This document shows, piece after piece, positions 60,274-64,000 of a stretch of DNA of 64,000 bases. Each line of letters begins with the position of its first letter. Position 1 is the first letter of the stretch. The translations under genes were made by a program, and so were the position numbers. The stretch covers positions 170 through 64,169 of the forward strand of contig CAIULL010000126.1 in NCBI GenBank assembly GCA_903899985.1, in the 5' to 3' direction. The notes beneath the pieces are model-generated. The model saw only the letters and a program-made list of their open reading frames with translations, was not told the DNA's origin and searched no databases. Source of the DNA: an uncultured Schlesneria sp. Lineage in GTDB: Bacteria > Planctomycetota > Planctomycetia > Planctomycetales > Planctomycetaceae.

Positions 60274-60567
60274 CATTTGGTTAATGCCGATTTTTCTTAA
60301 TGCCGCAGGCAGAGCGAGGACACGAATCCTTGCATGACGTGCGAATGGGGATTTTTGCCAGCGAGGGTCCTGCGGCACTTTCCGCGCTGGGAAATCTCTC
60401 GGATGAAACTCCCTGTTTCGAACAGGCGCTTTTTTTATTTCAGTGAATGGCGGTTTCGACTCGTTATTTGATCCCAGAGTCGCGGTTGAGATCGCTTGTT
60501 TGTGTCTGGCTGGACGAGACATACAATTCGGAAGTTCGATAGATGATGTCGATTCGAAGGTGGTCCG

Positions 60568-61137
60568 ATGGCCGATCCGACCGTGACTCAAATTCTCTCT
60601 GAACTGCAACAAGGGAATGCGAGCGCCTCAGAGCGTCTGTTACCGCTGGTCTATGAAGAATTGCGACGGCTGGCACGGAAAAAAATGGCGCAGGAAGTGT
60701 CCAATCACACTCTGCAGCCTACGGCGCTGGTTCACGAAGCGTATTTGCGCCTGGTCGGCAACGACCAGTCGCAGTCGTGGGACAGTCGCGGGCATTTCTA
60801 CGCCGCTGCGGCCGAGGCGATCCGGCGGATCTTGATCGAGTCCGCAAGACGTAAGTCAAGTTCCAAGCACGGTGGCGGACGACAACGTCAGCCACTGGTC
60901 GATGAAGTTGTCGAAGAGCTACCAACGTCGCCTGATTCGCTATTGTCGCTCGACGAAGCACTGAAAAAGTTTGAACAGGAAGACCCCGACGCGTTCCGGC
61001 TGGTCATGTTGCGCTATTTTGGCGGACTGACGATCGAAGAGGCTGCCGCAGCGATGGGGGTTTCTGTCCGAACGGCCAAACGCAACTGGAGTTTCGCCCG
61101 GGCCTGGCTGCAACGGGAAATTGGCGAAGATTCCTAG
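60568..61137 (+). CDS. ECF sigma factor, TIGR02999/ECF43-like
   Basis: LLPLVYEELRRLA, HTLQPTALVHEAYLRL, RYFGGLTIEE, WSFARAWL. Confidence 0.93.
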   Translation: MADPTVTQILSELQQGNASASERLLPLVYEELRRLARKKMAQEVSNHTLQPTALVHEAYLRLVGNDQSQSWDSRGHFYAAAAEAIRRILIESARRKSSSKHGGGRQRQPLVDEVVEELPTSPDSLLSLDEALKKFEQEDPDAFRLVMLRYFGGLTIEEAAAAMGVSVRTAKRNWSFARAWLQREIGEDS

Positions 61138-61236
61138 TTTTCTTTGGATTTCCCGGCACCACAACGAATCCTTTTTCGCATATTCATAAGGCGGAAGAGT
61201 TATGATCTTTCTGGATCGCTGTCAGAAGGACTCAAT

Positions 61237-63642
61237 GTGAGTACAGCTCGGGAAAAACAGATCTTCATGTCGGTCCTCGACCTGGCGTCGCAAGCCGAGC
61301 GAGAGGCCTATCTGGCAGGTGCGTGTCACAACGATGCCACCTTGAGGGAATCCGTCGAACGATTGCTTGCGGCACATGAGCGGGGACACCATGTCCTGGA
61401 TTTGCCCATTCCGCAATCTCCGGAACTTCGCGAGCATTTCGAAGATATTGTCACGGTCCTGAATGCCGCGACGGAGAAAAAGCAAGACGACGAGTCCGAT
61501 CGCGCGGGTGAGCTGCTTGGGAACTTTCGCCTGCTGGAAAAAATCGGTGAGGGAACGTTTGGAGAAATCTACGTTGCTCAACAGGAACAACCTTTCCGTC
61601 GCCGGGTTGCCATCAAGTTGCTGAAGCTGGGGATGAACACGAAGGAGGTCCTGGCCCGGTTCGAAGCCGAGCGGCAGGCGTTGGCGATGATGACCCATCC
61701 CAACATCGCGCAAGTGTTTGATGCCGGAAACACGGCCAGCGGGCAATCCTATTTTGCGATGGAACTCGTGAGGGGGTTGCCGATCACCGAATTTTGTGAT
61801 GGACAACAACTGGGTCTCTCTGAGCGAATTGAATTGTTTATCGATGTCTGCCAGGCCGTTCAGCACGCTCACCTGAAAGGTGTCATTCATCGAGATCTGA
61901 AGCCGTCCAATGTCCTGGTGACAATTAACGATGGCAAACCGTTGGCGAAGGTCATTGATTTCGGCGTTGCCAAAGCCATCGGTGAACCCCTGACCAACCA
62001 GACGATCTACACGCGATTCATGCAGTTGATCGGGACGCCGATGTACATGAGCCCCGAACAGGCGGAAATGAATTCGCTGGATGTTGACACCCGCTGCGAT
62101 GTGTTTTCGCTGGGGATGATGTTGTACGAACTTCTCACAGGAGCCACTCCTTACGACGAAAAGCGTCTGGGCTCAGTCCCCTTCGATGAATTGCGGCGGA
62201 TCATTCGGGAAGAAGAGTTACCTCGTCCCAGTTATCGCCTCAGCACTCTCGGAAAAAGTGAATTGACGGCACAATCGCGGCGAAAAAACAGCTTGAAACA
62301 ACTGGCTGTCGCGCTGCGTGGTGACCTGGAGTGGATCGTCATGAAGGCGGTGGAAAAGGACCGCTCGAGACGCTACGAAACAGCCAGTGCCATGGCTCAC
62401 GACCTGCGACGTTTTCTCGACAATGAACCAGTTGAAGCGCGGCCGCCATCTTCCTGGTATCGCTTCAGCAAGTTTGCCCGCCGGCATCAGGTCTTGATCG
62501 TCGCAACGTCGATGGTCTTGCTGGCCATGATGCTGGGGACCGGAGTCAGTTTGTGGCAGATGGCACGTGCCGTCGCCGAGCGTGATGCCAAAGAACTGGC
62601 ACGAGAAGATGCAGATCGTGCGCGGCGAGAGGTCGAAGAGTTTTCGCAGCGGTTGGCGCAGGCGAACGTCTTGCTGGCCAGCGGCCGGGCGCATGCGGAC
62701 GCCGGACGCTGGCGCGAAGCGGCTTTGGATTATTCCAAAGCAATCCAGACCCAGCCGCGCGACTTCCACGTCTGGATCGAACGCGGGGCGTTCTACACAC
62801 GACTGGGCTTGTGGAAGGCCGCCGCCGATGATTATGCACAGGCACTGAAGCTGGAACCCTCCGTCTCCGGAGCGGAATGGTGGGGGGTTCCACAGTTGAT
62901 GCTGCTGTCAGGAAACGAGGAGGCCTACGCTGACGCTTGCCAGAGGATGTGGAACGAAGCGGCTGGTAATACCGATGCCTCGTTCGGATGGATCATTCGC
63001 AGCTGCGTGATGACCGCGAAGCCGCCGGTTGATGCCGACAAACTTGTCGCAACGGCCGAGCAATTCCTGCAACAATCTCGCGAAACGCCCAATGGAAACC
63101 AGGGGAATGCTTTCGGTCCAGACCCGTCTCGCAGACATGGTGGACACTACGAGTCGATGACAGGGGGATTCGAATCTCGAAAACGGGGGTTACCGCCGAA
63201 CGGTCCGCGCCAATTTGGCAATCCGCACGCTCGCCGACGCTTTGGTGCATTGCCTGAAGGTGTCGGACTTTACCTGTCAGGACTAGCGCACTATCGGGCC
63301 GGGAATTACGATCAGGCAATCGAACAGTTACAAGCCTCGATGACGGATGATCCCCATTGGCGCCACAAATCGATCAGTTATCCCGCCTTGGCGATGGCCT
63401 GTTTTCGAGCCGGAAAAATCGACGAAGCCAAAGATGCATTGAACGCGGCCAATCAAGCACTCGATGAATGGACCAGCAGCCTGCTGCTGGCCGAGCTGGG
63501 AACGACACCAATTCCCTGGTTTGACTACGTTGAATGCATCCTGCTTCACCGGGAAGCGACATTGCTGCTGACGGGGACCCCTCCCCTGTTGAATGCTCGC
63601 TGGATCAAGTTTCAGGAACGTGCCCAGGAAGCACTCCAGTGA
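61237..63642 (+). CDS. Hanks-type Ser/Thr protein kinase with TM and C-terminal TPRs
   Basis: IGEGTFGEIY, VAIK, HRDLKPSN, DFGVAK, GTPMYMSPEQ, DVFSLG; GTG start at 61237. Confidence 0.93.
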   Translation: MSTAREKQIFMSVLDLASQAEREAYLAGACHNDATLRESVERLLAAHERGHHVLDLPIPQSPELREHFEDIVTVLNAATEKKQDDESDRAGELLGNFRLLEKIGEGTFGEIYVAQQEQPFRRRVAIKLLKLGMNTKEVLARFEAERQALAMMTHPNIAQVFDAGNTASGQSYFAMELVRGLPITEFCDGQQLGLSERIELFIDVCQAVQHAHLKGVIHRDLKPSNVLVTINDGKPLAKVIDFGVAKAIGEPLTNQTIYTRFMQLIGTPMYMSPEQAEMNSLDVDTRCDVFSLGMMLYELLTGATPYDEKRLGSVPFDELRRIIREEELPRPSYRLSTLGKSELTAQSRRKNSLKQLAVALRGDLEWIVMKAVEKDRSRRYETASAMAHDLRRFLDNEPVEARPPSSWYRFSKFARRHQVLIVATSMVLLAMMLGTGVSLWQMARAVAERDAKELAREDADRARREVEEFSQRLAQANVLLASGRAHADAGRWREAALDYSKAIQTQPRDFHVWIERGAFYTRLGLWKAAADDYAQALKLEPSVSGAEWWGVPQLMLLSGNEEAYADACQRMWNEAAGNTDASFGWIIRSCVMTAKPPVDADKLVATAEQFLQQSRETPNGNQGNAFGPDPSRRHGGHYESMTGGFESRKRGLPPNGPRQFGNPHARRRFGALPEGVGLYLSGLAHYRAGNYDQAIEQLQASMTDDPHWRHKSISYPALAMACFRAGKIDEAKDALNAANQALDEWTSSLLLAELGTTPIPWFDYVECILLHREATLLLTGTPPLLNARWIKFQERAQEALQ

Positions 63643-63910
63643 CAAATTTGCTGAATCTCCGTTCGTATTGTTCCCAACATTAACAGCGCCGAATTCAGCA
63701 GGAGAGCCCCTTATCGCGGCTGCGACGTCGAAAAAATAAAAAACACTGGCACTCTATTGAATCCGATTTCGCATTTTACTCTTGAGGAACTTGACGATGG
63801 ATGTGTTGCCTGAGTTTCTTGCGTTCATGGAGCGGTAGCTCCTGGCAAACCGCTTGTAGCGGCTGTGAACGAGCTGTTTTTTACTTAATTTCTGGTTAAG
63901 GGAAGTCATT

Positions 63911-64000
63911 ATGAGCGATTCGTCGGTTTTCTCACGACGACGGTTTGTCCATAGTACGATTGCGCTAGGATCGGCATTCTTTCTGAATCGGGGCGCGTTT
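63911..64000 (+). CDS. 5' end of a Tat-signal protein (truncated by the window edge)
   Basis: MSDSSVFSRRRFVHSTIALGSAFFLNRGAF: twin-arginine motif plus hydrophobic stretch, preceded by GGGAAG. Confidence 0.6.
   Translation, partial: MSDSSVFSRRRFVHSTIALGSAFFLNRGAF

Noticed and set aside
63747-63858. Two TGGCA motifs upstream of the final Tat gene
   Set aside because: Neither has GC at -12 (they give AA and GT); too weak to call.
1-64000. CRISPR array, rRNA, tRNA, integrase or prophage genes
   Set aside because: No regularly spaced direct repeats or recognisable sequences of these kinds seen by eye; tRNAscan-SE and CRISPRCasFinder would be needed to exclude them formally.

Overview
Bacterial chromosomal window, most likely a planctomycete (inferred from the TIGR02999-type ECF sigma/Ser-Thr kinase pair, DUF1080 and PQQ-propeller proteins, and planctomycete-style palindromic repeats). 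Family names come from motif recognition, not database searches. It opens with housekeeping genes (ilvE partial, lolD, lolC/E, lysS). An accessory region of about 21 kb follows (~5.4-26.9 kb): small redox/detoxification modules with their own regulators (MarR x2, sigma-54 activator, TetR, HxlR), several with visible palindromic operators, then a small Cys protein/di-iron ferritin-like/macrodomain trio. After it lies a core-like region: DUF1080-rhodanese, PQQ propeller, mdtABC, creatininase, M20 peptidase, rhaB, RidA, SDR, fur-mnmA, an amber-interrupted aspartyl protease-PDZ gene, GT2, BatA/vWA, dipeptidase and the ECF-kinase pair. Best candidates for undescribed biology: (1) a structured ~170-nt non-coding RNA behind a near-consensus sigma-54 promoter at 44.3-44.5 kb; (2) a MarR-controlled operon encoding a QueG/reductive-dehalogenase-like Fe-S protein fused to an SCP2 lipid-binding domain, coupled to a membrane methyltransferase; (3) a coupled di-iron protein plus atypical macrodomain. 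I recognised no tRNA, rRNA, CRISPR array, integrase or transposase.
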